This document shows, piece after piece, positions 37,450 through 47,935 of a stretch of DNA of 64,000 nt. The stretch is from the NCBI GenBank assembly GCA_963787125.1, contig CAWBBV010000002.1, positions 64,001 to 128,000 of the forward strand, given 5' to 3'. The DNA is from an uncultured delta proteobacterium (GTDB taxonomy: Bacteria; Desulfobacterota; Desulfuromonadia; Geobacterales; DSM-12255). The notes under the pieces are model-generated. The model saw nothing but the letters and a program-made list of their open reading frames with translations, had not been told where the DNA came from and made no database searches. Position 1 is the first letter of the stretch; each line of letters starts with the position of its first letter. Position numbers and translations under genes: made by a program.

Positions 37450-39237
37450 ATGAAACTTCTCCTGACAACCCTGCACTCCCGCTATATTCACTCATCACTG
37501 GCACTCCCCTGCATAGCCGCTGCATGTGCCGCCATCCCCGGGTTGGATACTGTTATCCGGGAGCATACTGTCAATGAGCGCCCCGAAAAGGTCCTCGTCG
37601 TCCTGGCGCGTGAAGATGCCGACATCATCGCCTTTTCCTGTTACATCTGGAATATCGAGCAGACTCTCAAGCTGGCAGCTGAACTGAAACTTCTGCATCC
37701 CCATAGCTATATAATTCTCGGCGGTCCGGAAGTTTCTTACGGCAGCCTTGAGCTCATGGCCGCCAACCCGCAGATTGACGCCATTGTCCATGGCGAAGGC
37801 GAGGAGGCTGTCCGCTCGCTTATGGAGCTTCTGACCGAATCTTCCGGACGGGCCATTTCTGACGAGAGCCTTGCTGCCATCGGCAGCATCTCTTTTCGTA
37901 GCGGCGAGGAAATCATCGCCGCAGCTGAAAACGCTGCCATGAAGGAGCTTGACAAGCTCCCATCCCCCTTTGCCGCCGGTCTTGTCGATACGTCAAAACC
38001 TCTCGTCTACGTGGAAACTTCAAGAGGTTGTCCTTTTTCCTGCGCCTTCTGCCTCTCTTCGGTAGAAAAGGGTGTTCGTTCCTTCTCAACGGCGCGCATC
38101 GAAAGCGATCTGCTCCTCCTGATGCAGCAGAGGGTAGATACCATCAAACTGGTCGACCGCACTTTTAACTATGACCCTGTCAGAGCCGAACAGATCTGGA
38201 AATTCATTCTGGCAAACAACCGGACCAGCCGTTTTCACTTTGAGATAGCAGCAGACCTGCTGACTGAAGCAAACATCACGCTCCTGAAATCAGTCCCTGC
38301 CCGGACGTTCCGCTTTGAAATCGGCGTGCAGTCAACAACAGCAGCGGCTCTTGCCCGGGTGGAGAGAAAATTTGACCAGAAAAAGCTGTTTGCAAATATC
38401 AGCCGCTTAATAGCAGAGACAGCCGTCACTATCCATCTTGATCTTGTTGCCGGGCTTCCGGGCGAGGATTTTACGGGGTTTACCGAATCTCTCGACCTGC
38501 TGCTGGCGTTAAAACCCCATCACATCCAGGCAGAGCTTCTCAAGATGCTCAAAGGGACTGCCATAAGGAAGAGTGCCAAAGAGAACGGTTACAGCTTTTC
38601 GCCATTCCCGCCTTACCGGATCCTCAAAAGTAATGCACTTTCCTTCGAGGATATCTGCCGGATAGAAGAGTGTGCAGAGGCCCTTGAAGTGATTTACAAC
38701 AGTGGCCGTTTTGCCGTCACCCTTGAGATGCTCTCAAGGCATCATTCACTAACCGCGCTTTTCACTGCCGGGAGAATTGCTCAGGAGATTGCGGCTCTGG
38801 GGGGGAAACATCTTGCCGGCTCATTCGGGGCGGTTCTGGGACTGGCTGAAAAACTCTTCCCTGAACTCATTGAAACGATCAAGGAGACCCTTTGCTTTGA
38901 CTACTGCATGGCGGGGCATCCGGGGAGTTCTCTTCCTGCATTTTTTCAAAAAGAGAGCGGCGGCTCATTGCCGCCGCTACCCTTTCCTGAAATAGCCGCC
39001 AGACTTTCTCTGCCCGGCGGAAGCAGATTCAGAACCTTTACAGCCAATTTCGGGCGGGATTACAGTGACAGCGGCCGAAGTGAAGGCAGCACGGACATAA
39101 CCTTTGTCTACTGCCATCTGGAGGAAAGACAGCAGGTCCTGCTTCTTGCTGAAGCTGCTGCCCAAAACGATAACAGCTTGAGCTATTTAAGTTTATACTT
39201 GCCGTCTTCACCAAACTCAACCGAACCGTTAAAGTAG
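37450..39237 (+). CDS. B12-binding-domain radical SAM protein
   Basis: FSCYIWN, LGGPEVS, ETSRGCPFSCAFC (CxxxCxxC), DRTFN, EIGVQS. Confidence 0.9.
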   Translation: MKLLLTTLHSRYIHSSLALPCIAAACAAIPGLDTVIREHTVNERPEKVLVVLAREDADIIAFSCYIWNIEQTLKLAAELKLLHPHSYIILGGPEVSYGSLELMAANPQIDAIVHGEGEEAVRSLMELLTESSGRAISDESLAAIGSISFRSGEEIIAAAENAAMKELDKLPSPFAAGLVDTSKPLVYVETSRGCPFSCAFCLSSVEKGVRSFSTARIESDLLLLMQQRVDTIKLVDRTFNYDPVRAEQIWKFILANNRTSRFHFEIAADLLTEANITLLKSVPARTFRFEIGVQSTTAAALARVERKFDQKKLFANISRLIAETAVTIHLDLVAGLPGEDFTGFTESLDLLLALKPHHIQAELLKMLKGTAIRKSAKENGYSFSPFPPYRILKSNALSFEDICRIEECAEALEVIYNSGRFAVTLEMLSRHHSLTALFTAGRIAQEIAALGGKHLAGSFGAVLGLAEKLFPELIETIKETLCFDYCMAGHPGSSLPAFFQKESGGSLPPLPFPEIAARLSLPGGSRFRTFTANFGRDYSDSGRSEGSTDITFVYCHLEERQQVLLLAEAAAQNDNSLSYLSLYLPSSPNSTEPLK

Positions 39238-40457
39238 TTAACGCGATATTTTTTTGCCTTGAGGAAATCGTACGCCATTTCGGCCCGGACCGCATCAGCG
39301 GCAAAAACCACCTGAATCTTCTCCCTGTTCAGTTCGCCGTACCTTTTCGCCAGCTCCGCCAGAGGGATACTCCTGGCATTGCGGAGCCCGCCTTTTTTTT
39401 GCTCTGCAGCAGTTCTGACATCGACAATTTCAACCATTACCGTGGAAAGTATCGCCATCTCGAAGTCCTCGGGTTTAAGCCGCCCGCCATGACTTGCTGC
39501 GGCCGAAGTGCTCTGTACTTCGGCAGGGCCAGGTTCCAGCACTTCGGCGTTTTTTACCCACGCGACTGCGCCACCGGGATAGATGGTGACATTTTTGTAC
39601 CCCCACCCTTTGATGGTCTCGGCCGCAGTGACAGAGTCTTTATCAGCGGCACCGTATATGACTATCGGCGCGAGCCGCTCCAGGGGAAAGTACCCGAAAT
39701 AATCTTTTAGCTGCGCTGCAGGGTAGTTCACGGCCCCCTCTATATGACCCTGTGCCACCTGCTCTTCCTGGCGGATATCGATGACGACAGGTTTTGTTTT
39801 GCGGATAAATGCCGTCGATGCAGCAAGCACTCTGCCGGACTCAAGCCAGCCCGCCGTGCCGTCGGTGAAGATTGCACTATCAGTGTAACCGATTCTAGTG
39901 GAGATCTCCGCAGCTTTACCGGCGGACGCCCCCCCCTGCCCTTGATCATAGAAAATAAGTTTTGCCGCTTTATTTTCTGGCAGCAGGCTGTAAGTCTTTT
40001 TTTCAAGTCTTGAGAGAGGCAGCGTCTGGGCTCCGGGGATGTGACCTGCGTCATAATGCTCTGTCGGTCTGGTATCCAGCAAATAAACGGGATGGCTGCC
40101 AGCTGTACCAGCCAAATTCTCCAGCAGCTGCTCAAGAGTTATGACCTTCATCCCGGCAGGTACCGGCGTTTTATGCCTTGAAACTGACCCGGCAACAAAA
40201 ATTTCACCAATTCGCCTGAAATCGACGCTAAGTGCCTCTCCAGGCTTCAGATCCGCAGAGTTGCTTATGCCGTTCCAGGCAGTTTTGTTGTCCCAGGCAA
40301 TAAAAATTACCTCGCCCTGATCACTCGCAAACGTAAACAGCTTTGACTCTCCTGCTATCGCCTTGATTTTCCCATTAACTACCTCAGCGCCAGCAATCCC
40401 GTTAAGCGCTAGCACAAGCGCGACTACCGCGATGATCCTTACAAGTAAACCGTTCAT
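39183..40457 (-). CDS. Exported protein with three rhodanese-like domains
   Basis: Signal peptide; LLDTRP..YDAGHIPGA, VIDIR..GHIEGA and IVDVR repeats. Confidence 0.82.
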   Translation of the reverse strand: MNGLLVRIIAVVALVLALNGIAGAEVVNGKIKAIAGESKLFTFASDQGEVIFIAWDNKTAWNGISNSADLKPGEALSVDFRRIGEIFVAGSVSRHKTPVPAGMKVITLEQLLENLAGTAGSHPVYLLDTRPTEHYDAGHIPGAQTLPLSRLEKKTYSLLPENKAAKLIFYDQGQGGASAGKAAEISTRIGYTDSAIFTDGTAGWLESGRVLAASTAFIRKTKPVVIDIRQEEQVAQGHIEGAVNYPAAQLKDYFGYFPLERLAPIVIYGAADKDSVTAAETIKGWGYKNVTIYPGGAVAWVKNAEVLEPGPAEVQSTSAAASHGGRLKPEDFEMAILSTVMVEIVDVRTAAEQKKGGLRNARSIPLAELAKRYGELNREKIQVVFAADAVRAEMAYDFLKAKKYRVNYFNGSVEFGEDGKYKLK

Positions 40458-40650
40458 ACTTGCCCTCCTTTGCAGATTGTGAACTATAGCACAGGGGGAG
40501 CCAAAAACAATCGACTTTGGGTCTGAAGCTGCGCCGGATGGCATTCTTCCGGGGGAGACAGACTATTCAAGACGCTGAAATTCTCTGATGACACCGTAGC
40601 TATTATGTGCTATATATCACGACTCTAACGATTATTTTCGCTGGGTTTTG

Positions 40651-40773
40651 CGGGCAGAGATGATAGCTGGGTCCTGCGCAACGGCAGGTTATGAATCCCG
40701 TCAGATCCGGAAGGAAGCAGCGGCAGTAACTGAAACGTGTGCCGCAGGGGAGCCCAGCTATCAACTCTGCCCG
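40651..40773 (+). ncRNA. ffs: Signal recognition particle RNA (4.5S)
   Basis: Conserved GTCAGATCCGGAAGGAAGCAGC domain-IV loop within a long closing stem (CGGGCAGAG..GATAGCTGGG / CCCAGCTATC..CTCTGCCCG); upstream of dnaX. Exact ends uncertain. Confidence 0.92.
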
Positions 40774-40832
40774 TAATTTATTCAAACCTCCCCGCTACGA
40801 CTCTCCGCCACGAAAATAAAGGAAATTTATTA

Positions 40833-42500
40833 GTGTCGTACCTAGTTCTTGCCCGCAAATGGCGCCCACAGACCTTTCATGACCTTACCGGTCAGGAACA
40901 CGTAACCCTTACCCTGAAAAATGCCATTGAATCAGGACGGGTTGCCCATGCGTTCCTTTTTACCGGTGCCCGGGGAGTCGGCAAAACAAGTTCAGCAAGA
41001 ATTCTTGCCAAGACCCTGAACTGCGAAAGAGGTCCGACAACCGAGCCGTGCAACGACTGTCCTGCCTGCAAGGAGATCACCGAAGGCAATAGTGTTGACG
41101 TCATGGAGATTGACGGCGCCTCCAACAACGGTGTCGACGAAATTCGTGAACTGCGTGACAACGTCAAGTACCTGCCGTCCAACAGCCGCTATAAAATTTT
41201 TATCATTGATGAAGTGCACATGCTCTCCAACAGCGCCTTTAATGCACTCCTGAAAACGCTGGAAGAGCCCCCTCCTCACATAAAATTCATCTTCGCCACA
41301 ACCGAACCGCACAAGGTTCCTGTTACAATTCTCTCCAGGTGCCAGCGGTTTGACTTTAAACGAATCCCTTTGATCATGATAACTGCCCGTCTCCGCTTCA
41401 TACTCGATCAGGAGAAGATTGTCATGAGTGATGCCGCCGTGACAATGGTCGCCCGTAAAGGTGACGGCAGCATGAGAGACGCTCTCTCGGCTCTCGATCA
41501 GGTACTTGCCTTCTGCGGCGACACAGTTGAAGACACGGATGTGATCGCACTCCTTGGGGTTGTTGACAGAGTCATGCTCATTACTGCCATGAACTCGGTC
41601 TTTGAACGCAATGCCGGAGTCCTTGTCGACATAATCCGCACTGTAGCCGATTCCGGCTATAACATGCGCCATTTCTGTCATGAATTCATCGATCTGATGC
41701 GCACACTGCTCCTGCTCAAAGCCGCACCTTCAACAGCAGATCTGCTCGACCTTTCTGACAGAGAGCTTGCTGAGAGCAGAGAATTGGCAGCAAGATCTGA
41801 TCTGCTGACGATTCAACGCTGCCTCGCGATCCTGCTCAAAACTGATGCCGACCTGGCGCACTCCTCTCACGCCAGACTCCTGATGGAGATGGCAATGATA
41901 AGAATGGCAACACTGGCACCGACAGTCCCTGTTGATCAGCTGCTCGAAAGGCTTAAGGCTCTGGAAGCGGCGCCTGCCAGGCCGCTGCTTGCATCAGAAT
42001 CAGCTCCACCTGTATATGCCCGTACAGTCCAGCCTGCCCCCGCTCCCAGGCAGTCACCCGTTACCGTGATATCACCACCAGCTACTCCGCCACCAGCAGC
42101 CGTTTCAGGAAACCCTGACTGGCAGGGGTTTGTTTCTTTTGTAAAAGCGAAAAAACCGATGCTCGCGACCAAGCTGGAAACAGGGAGCCCCATTCAGGCA
42201 AGCGGTGACTCTCTCCAGATAGGCTACCACCGAGGGTCCCTGGAGCTTAGCCTCCTGCAGGGACAGGACTACTTGCAACAACTGGCTGAGCTCTCTGCCG
42301 ACTACTACGGCCGACCGGTTGATATCAAGATTATCCCGCTGGCAGCGAACAGTTCTGACATCCCGATGTCCATCGCTGAAAAAAAAACTCTTGACCTCAA
42401 CATGAAAGAAAAGACCTTGAAAGATGCTACCGACAGTCATCCTCTGGTTAAAGCAGCCCTGGAAGTTTTCGGGGGAGAAGTTATCGCCTATAAAAGTTGA
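40833..42500 (+). CDS. dnaX: DNA polymerase III subunit gamma/tau
   Basis: YLVLARKWRPQ, GARGVGKTS, IDEVHML and SRCQRF motifs; GTG start. Confidence 0.95.
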   Translation: MSYLVLARKWRPQTFHDLTGQEHVTLTLKNAIESGRVAHAFLFTGARGVGKTSSARILAKTLNCERGPTTEPCNDCPACKEITEGNSVDVMEIDGASNNGVDEIRELRDNVKYLPSNSRYKIFIIDEVHMLSNSAFNALLKTLEEPPPHIKFIFATTEPHKVPVTILSRCQRFDFKRIPLIMITARLRFILDQEKIVMSDAAVTMVARKGDGSMRDALSALDQVLAFCGDTVEDTDVIALLGVVDRVMLITAMNSVFERNAGVLVDIIRTVADSGYNMRHFCHEFIDLMRTLLLLKAAPSTADLLDLSDRELAESRELAARSDLLTIQRCLAILLKTDADLAHSSHARLLMEMAMIRMATLAPTVPVDQLLERLKALEAAPARPLLASESAPPVYARTVQPAPAPRQSPVTVISPPATPPPAAVSGNPDWQGFVSFVKAKKPMLATKLETGSPIQASGDSLQIGYHRGSLELSLLQGQDYLQQLAELSADYYGRPVDIKIIPLAANSSDIPMSIAEKKTLDLNMKEKTLKDATDSHPLVKAALEVFGGEVIAYKS

Positions 42501-42569
42501 CTATTTCAGAACACTGTTATTTTTTAACAAAATATTAAGCACGACTAAACGCAAGCGAGGAGATAAAGC

Positions 42570-42884
42570 ATGTCAAAAGGATTGGCCGGTATCATGAAGC
42601 AAGCTCAGATGATGCAGCAGAGAATGGCAAAGCTGCAGGAAGAAGCATCAAACCGCACGGTCACCGCCACAGCCGGTGGCGGCGTTGTTACTGCCACAGT
42701 AACGGGCAAGAACCAGCTTGTTTCATTGACAATCAAGAAAGAGGCGGTGGATCCGGAGGACGTGGAGATGCTCCAGGATCTGGTCCTGGCAGCTATAAAT
42801 GAAGCGCTCGCCAGGGTTCAATCAGAGATGTCGCAGGAGATGAGCAAGGTGACCGGTGGCATCAACATCCCTGGGCTGTTCTGA
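42570..42884 (+). CDS. ybaB: YbaB/EbfC nucleoid-associated protein
   Basis: MKQAQMMQ..AGGG..DVEMLQDL; dnaX-ybaB-recR synteny. Confidence 0.93.
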   Translation: MSKGLAGIMKQAQMMQQRMAKLQEEASNRTVTATAGGGVVTATVTGKNQLVSLTIKKEAVDPEDVEMLQDLVLAAINEALARVQSEMSQEMSKVTGGINIPGLF

Positions 42885-43072
42885 TCCGGCACTGAGCACA
42901 GCATTTTATTTTTATTAAAATGGCCGGTTGAACATCTGTTCCACCGGCTGTTTTTACAAGAAGCACACATTTAAATTATTATTAAATATCTTGCAGTTAG
43001 ACTAAATTTAATGAAGATAAAAATTTATAGTTTAACTATAATTCAAAAAATGTTTTATATTTATGGGAAAAT

Positions 43073-43666
43073 ATGCTACAAAATTCGCACTCTTTGACAA
43101 GACTTGTAGGCGAGCTGAAAAAACTACCCGGCATCGGTGAGAAAAGTGCCTGCAGGCTCGCCTTTCACCTCCTTCGATCACCGGTGAACATAGTTGCTCT
43201 TGCTGACGCCCTGAATGAGGTCAGCATCAGGGTGCAATTCTGTTCGATCTGTTTTTCAATCACTGAAGATGACCCTTGCGTCATCTGTAGCGGCAACAGA
43301 GACGAATCAATAATCTGCGTCGTGGAAGAACCTCAGGATCTGTTGGCAATAGAGAGAAGCGGAGCATTCCGGGGGAAGTACCATGTGCTTCACGGTGTGC
43401 TTTCACCACTGTCCGGGGTAACCCCTGCCGATCTGAAGGTCGCTGAACTCCTTGAGAGACTTAAAGGGGACCACGTCAAGGAAGTCGTCATTGCAACCAA
43501 CTTCTCGGTAGAAGGGGAAGCAACCGCCATATATCTTACCGTGCTGTTAAGAAAACTGGGCTTAAAAGTCACCAGACTTGCCCACGGAATACCGATAGGA
43601 CGAGATCTGGAATACATAGACTCTGCAACAATGCAGCGAGCCCTCCAGGGTCGCAGCGAAATATGA
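43073..43666 (+). CDS. recR: Recombination mediator RecR
   Basis: LPGIGEKSA, C4 zinc finger, YHVLHG, EGEATA. Confidence 0.95.
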   Translation: MLQNSHSLTRLVGELKKLPGIGEKSACRLAFHLLRSPVNIVALADALNEVSIRVQFCSICFSITEDDPCVICSGNRDESIICVVEEPQDLLAIERSGAFRGKYHVLHGVLSPLSGVTPADLKVAELLERLKGDHVKEVVIATNFSVEGEATAIYLTVLLRKLGLKVTRLAHGIPIGRDLEYIDSATMQRALQGRSEI

Positions 43667-43707
43667 GTGTCAGCAAGCAACATCTATAAAAGGAAAGAGG
43701 AGGCAGT

Positions 43708-46700
43708 ATGAGCAGAAAAATGGTAACCATCGACGGCAACACCGCCGCCGCCCACGTAGCCCACGCCACCAACGAAGTCATCGCTATCTACCCGATCACC
43801 CCATCGTCGGTCATGGGCGAGATCTCAGACGCCAAGAGCGCCGCCGGCGAGAAGAACATCTGGGGCACAATCCCGCTGGTGGCCGAACTGCAGTCCGAAG
43901 GTGGAGCTGCCGGAACCGTCCACGGCGCCCTGCAGTCAGGCGCACTGACCACCACCTTCACTGCCAGTCAGGGTCTTTTGCTGATGATCCCCAACATGTA
44001 CAAAATTGCCGGTGAGTTAACCTCCACTGTCTTTCACGTTTCTGCCCGCGCTATCTCTGCAGCCGCGCTGAATATATTCGGCGACCATTCCGACGTCATG
44101 TCCTGCCGCTCCACCGGTTGGGCCATGCTTTGCTCCAACAACGTCCAGGAAGTCATGGACTTCGCTCTCATCTCCCAGGCAGCCACCCTGAAGAGCCGCA
44201 TCCCGTTTCTGCACTTCTTTGACGGTTTCCGCACCTCCCACGAAGTCCAGAAAGTCGAAGAGCTGACCTTTGACGACATGCGTCATATGATGAACGACGA
44301 CCTCATCAACGCCCATCGCCTCCGCGGCCTCTCCCCGGACCGCCCGGTCATGCGCGGCACTGCCCAGAACCCGGATGTCTACTTCCAGGGCCGCGAAACC
44401 GTCAACCAGTACTATCCACCCACTATCGACATCGTCCAGGAAGAGATGGACAAATTCGGCAAGCTCACCGGTCGCAACTACAAACTGGTAGAGTATGCCG
44501 GCGCCGCCGATGCCGACCGGATCGTCGTTGTCATGGGCTCCGCGGCTGACACCGTCCAGGAGACCGTAGCAACCTTAAACGCTCAGGGAGAGAAAGTCGG
44601 CGTCGTAAAAATCCATCTTTACCGCCCCTTCCCGCTGGACGCCTTTGTTAAAGCTCTGCCGGCAACCGTCAAAAGCATCGCCGTACTCGACCGCACCAAA
44701 GAGCCCGGCTCCCTCGGCGAGCCTCTCTACCTGGATGTGCGCACCGCCATCGGCGAAGCCATGGCTGACGGCAAATTCAGCTTCAACGGCTACCCGGTCA
44801 TCGTCGGCGGCCGCTACGGTCTCGGTTCCAAGGAATTCACCCCGGCCATGGCTAAAGCTGTTCTCGACAACCTTAAAGCAGCCAAACCGAAAAACCACTT
44901 CGTCGTCGGCGTCAACGAAGACGTAACCGGCTGCAGCCTCGACTACAACCCGGCCTTCCGCACCGCCATGGGCGGCACCTACGAAGCCATGTTCTTCGGC
45001 CTCGGCTCGGACGGCACCGTCGGCGCCAACAAAAACACCATCAAAATTATCGGCGAAACCACCGACAACAACGCCCAGGCCTACTTCGTCTACGACTCCA
45101 AGAAAGCCGGCACCATCACCATCTCGCACCTGCGCTTCGGGAAAACGGCCATCAACGCCCCTTACCTGATCGACAACGCCGACTTCATCGCCTGTCACAA
45201 CTTCTCGTTTCTTGAGAAATACGACATGGTCAGCAAAGCCAAAGAAGGGGGCACCTTCCTCCTCTGCTCCCCTTTCGCCCACACAGAAGTCTGGGACCTT
45301 ATGCCGGTCGAAGTGCAGCAGCAGATCATTGCCAAAAAGCTCAAATTCTACGTCATCAACGCCATCAAGCTTGGCGAAGAACTCGGCCTCGGCGCCCGTA
45401 TCAACGTCATCATGCAGACCGCCTTCTTCAAAATCTCCAACATCATCCCACTGGAGTTGGCAATTGACGAAATCAAAGGCGCCATCAAAAAAAGCTATGG
45501 CAAATCAGGCGACAAAGTCGTTGCCATGAACAATGCCGCCGTCGACGAAGCGCTCAAGAACATCCACGAAGTTATTGTCCCGGCCACGGCCACCAGCAAA
45601 CTTAAAATGCCGCCGGCTGTTGCCCCATCCGCACCGCAGTTTGTTCAGGATGTCACCGGCAGAATCATCGCCGGCTTCGGCGACGACCTGCCAGTATCTA
45701 AAATGCCTGCTGACGGCACCTTCCCGACAGCTACTTCCCAGTACGAGAAGCGCAACATCGCCGTTGATATTCCGGTCTGGGACGAGAACCTCTGCATCCA
45801 GTGCGCTATCTGCTCATTTGTCTGCCCCCATGCCACCATCCGGATGAAAGCTTACGACGGCGCACTCCTGGCCAATGCACCGGCAACCTTCAAATCAACC
45901 GACTGCAAACTCCCCGAATTCAAAGGGATGAAATACACCATCCAGGTAGCCCCCGAAGACTGCACCGGCTGCGGCGCTTGCGTCCACAACTGTCCGGCCA
46001 AGAGTAAGGAAGATCCAAACCACAAAGCGATCAACATGAAGTTCCAGGCGCCACTGCGGGCCGCTGAAGCTGCCAACTTCGACTTCTTCCTCTCCCTCCC
46101 CGACGTGGATCCGGCTAAAGTCAAACTGGACACCCTCCGCGGCAGCCAGTTGGTCCGGCCGATCTTCGAATTCTCCGGCGCCTGTGCCGGCTGCGGCGAG
46201 ACCCCGTACCTGAAACTCCTCTCCCAGCTGTTCGGCGACCGGGCAATGATCGCCAACGCCACCGGCTGCACCTCCATCTACGGCGGCAACCTCCCCACCA
46301 CCCCGTGGGCAAAGAGAGCTGACGGCCGCGGACCGGCCTGGTCCAACTCCCTCTTCGAGGATAACGCCGAGTTTGGTTTCGGTATGCGTCTGGCAGTGGA
46401 CAAGTTTACCGAGTCTGCCCGTGAACTGGTGGCAGAACTTGCCAACTGCAGCTGCAAATCGTGTCAGCCGGTTCTGCCGCTGATGCAGGAAATCCTTGCT
46501 TCCAAGCAACTCGATCAGGCTGAGATCGAAAAACAGCGGGAAAGAGTGGCAACCCTGAAAACGGCCCTGACAGGCTGCACAGAGAAAGCGGCTGTACAAC
46601 TGCTGCCACTGGCCGAATATCTGGTCAAGAGATCGGTCTGGTGTGTTGGTGGCGACGGCTGGGCTTATGACATCGGTTACGGCGGTCTTGACCACGTCAT

Positions 46701-47292
46701 TGCCAGTGGCAAAAACGTCAACCTGCTGGTTCTGGACACCGAAGTCTACTCCAACACCGGCGGTCAGGCTTCCAAAGCGACCCCGACCGGCGCCGTGGCC
46801 CAGTTCGCCGCTGGCGGCAAGGCAATGGCCAAGAAAGATCTGGGGATGATGGCCATGGCTTACGGTAATGTCTACGTTGCCAACGTCTCACTGGCTAATC
46901 CGGCTCAAGTTGTCAAAGCGTTCATTGAAGCAGAAGCCTATGATGGCCCATCGCTTATCGTCGCCTACTCTCATTGCATTGCTCATGGCATCGACATGAC
47001 CAAGGGTGTTGACGAGAACAAAAAAGCTGTATCCTGCGGTTACTGGCCACTGTACCGCTACAATCCGGCACTGACCCAGGAAGGGAAGAATCCGCTGCAA
47101 CTTGACAGCAAATCCCCCACCACCAGCTTCGAGGATTACGCCTACGGCGAGAATCGTTACAAAGTGCTGCAGAAATCCAACCCTGAAGCAGCAGCTATCC
47201 TGATGAAAAAGGCAACCGCCTGGACTGCCAGCCGCTTCGAGTATTATGAGAAGCTGGCGGCTCTCAGTTTCGCCGGTTCCGACAAGAAGTAA
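43708..47292 (+). CDS. nifJ: Pyruvate:ferredoxin (flavodoxin) oxidoreductase
   Basis: YPITPS, QSEGGAAG, two 4Fe-4S motifs, GACAGCGE, GGDGWAYDIG. Confidence 0.96.
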   Translation: MSRKMVTIDGNTAAAHVAHATNEVIAIYPITPSSVMGEISDAKSAAGEKNIWGTIPLVAELQSEGGAAGTVHGALQSGALTTTFTASQGLLLMIPNMYKIAGELTSTVFHVSARAISAAALNIFGDHSDVMSCRSTGWAMLCSNNVQEVMDFALISQAATLKSRIPFLHFFDGFRTSHEVQKVEELTFDDMRHMMNDDLINAHRLRGLSPDRPVMRGTAQNPDVYFQGRETVNQYYPPTIDIVQEEMDKFGKLTGRNYKLVEYAGAADADRIVVVMGSAADTVQETVATLNAQGEKVGVVKIHLYRPFPLDAFVKALPATVKSIAVLDRTKEPGSLGEPLYLDVRTAIGEAMADGKFSFNGYPVIVGGRYGLGSKEFTPAMAKAVLDNLKAAKPKNHFVVGVNEDVTGCSLDYNPAFRTAMGGTYEAMFFGLGSDGTVGANKNTIKIIGETTDNNAQAYFVYDSKKAGTITISHLRFGKTAINAPYLIDNADFIACHNFSFLEKYDMVSKAKEGGTFLLCSPFAHTEVWDLMPVEVQQQIIAKKLKFYVINAIKLGEELGLGARINVIMQTAFFKISNIIPLELAIDEIKGAIKKSYGKSGDKVVAMNNAAVDEALKNIHEVIVPATATSKLKMPPAVAPSAPQFVQDVTGRIIAGFGDDLPVSKMPADGTFPTATSQYEKRNIAVDIPVWDENLCIQCAICSFVCPHATIRMKAYDGALLANAPATFKSTDCKLPEFKGMKYTIQVAPEDCTGCGACVHNCPAKSKEDPNHKAINMKFQAPLRAAEAANFDFFLSLPDVDPAKVKLDTLRGSQLVRPIFEFSGACAGCGETPYLKLLSQLFGDRAMIANATGCTSIYGGNLPTTPWAKRADGRGPAWSNSLFEDNAEFGFGMRLAVDKFTESARELVAELANCSCKSCQPVLPLMQEILASKQLDQAEIEKQRERVATLKTALTGCTEKAAVQLLPLAEYLVKRSVWCVGGDGWAYDIGYGGLDHVIASGKNVNLLVLDTEVYSNTGGQASKATPTGAVAQFAAGGKAMAKKDLGMMAMAYGNVYVANVSLANPAQVVKAFIEAEAYDGPSLIVAYSHCIAHGIDMTKGVDENKKAVSCGYWPLYRYNPALTQEGKNPLQLDSKSPTTSFEDYAYGENRYKVLQKSNPEAAAILMKKATAWTASRFEYYEKLAALSFAGSDKK

Positions 47293-47315
47293 CAGTTTCA
47301 GCTGTAACAGCTAAT

Positions 47316-47348
47316 AAAGCCTCTGGATTAATTTCCAGGGGCTTTTTT
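47316..47348 (+). terminator. Intrinsic terminator after PFOR
   Basis: AAAGCCTCTGGA / TCCAGGGGCTTT hairpin followed by a T-run. Confidence 0.7.
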
Positions 47349-47425
47349 AGTCACTTGAAAGGTTATGAAATTTCTGTTATACAAGCAGTTTATAACTGTA
47401 TTAAGATCTACGTAAGGAGTGACAC

Positions 47426-47917
47426 ATGGCGAGTCCTCAATTAGTGATGTACGATGAGGAGTTCCGGCAGATAAATATCGTCATGGATAAGCTGCTCCGT
47501 GAAGCGAATGCGAAGGTTATCTTCCTCGTGGACAAAAATGGTCAGCTGATCTCAGGAGTAGGCGAAGTCGAGCGTTTCGACACGACCTCTCTGGCATCAC
47601 TTACTGCCGGCAATATTGCTGCAACCGGTGGGCTGGCAAAGTTAATCGGTGAGAAGGAATTCTCCATCCTTTTTCATGAAGGCGAAAAGGATAATCTCCA
47701 CATTTCCATTGTCGGTGGTCGAGTGATTCTGGTTGTGCTTTTCGATAGTCGTTCATCTTTGGGGCTGGTCAGACTCAGGGTGAAAAAGGCATCCGATGAA
47801 TTAACGGTCATATTTGACGGACTCATGCGAAAAGCTGAAGAGAAAGAGAGATCCGGGACTACTGATTTCCCGTTTGCCGAGATTACCGATGACGACATCG
47901 ACAACCTCTTCAGTTAA
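47426..47917 (+). CDS. mglB: Roadblock/LC7 GTPase-activating protein MglB
   Basis: LVDKNGQLI, SLASLTAGNIAATGGLA and SSLGLVRLRVKK motifs. Confidence 0.92.
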   Translation: MASPQLVMYDEEFRQINIVMDKLLREANAKVIFLVDKNGQLISGVGEVERFDTTSLASLTAGNIAATGGLAKLIGEKEFSILFHEGEKDNLHISIVGGRVILVVLFDSRSSLGLVRLRVKKASDELTVIFDGLMRKAEEKERSGTTDFPFAEITDDDIDNLFS

Positions 47918-47935
47918 TTCTTACGGAGTCAACCT

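Noticed and set aside
40781..40810. tRNA-like 3' tail (CTCTCCGCCA) between ffs and dnaX
   Set aside because: Only 10 nt match the tRNA-Ser end and there is no cloverleaf; chance cannot be excluded.
42379..42387. A9 run in dnaX as a gamma-producing slippage site
   Set aside because: Only about 37 codons from the stop, far downstream of known gamma truncation points; Glu-Lys-Lys codons explain it.
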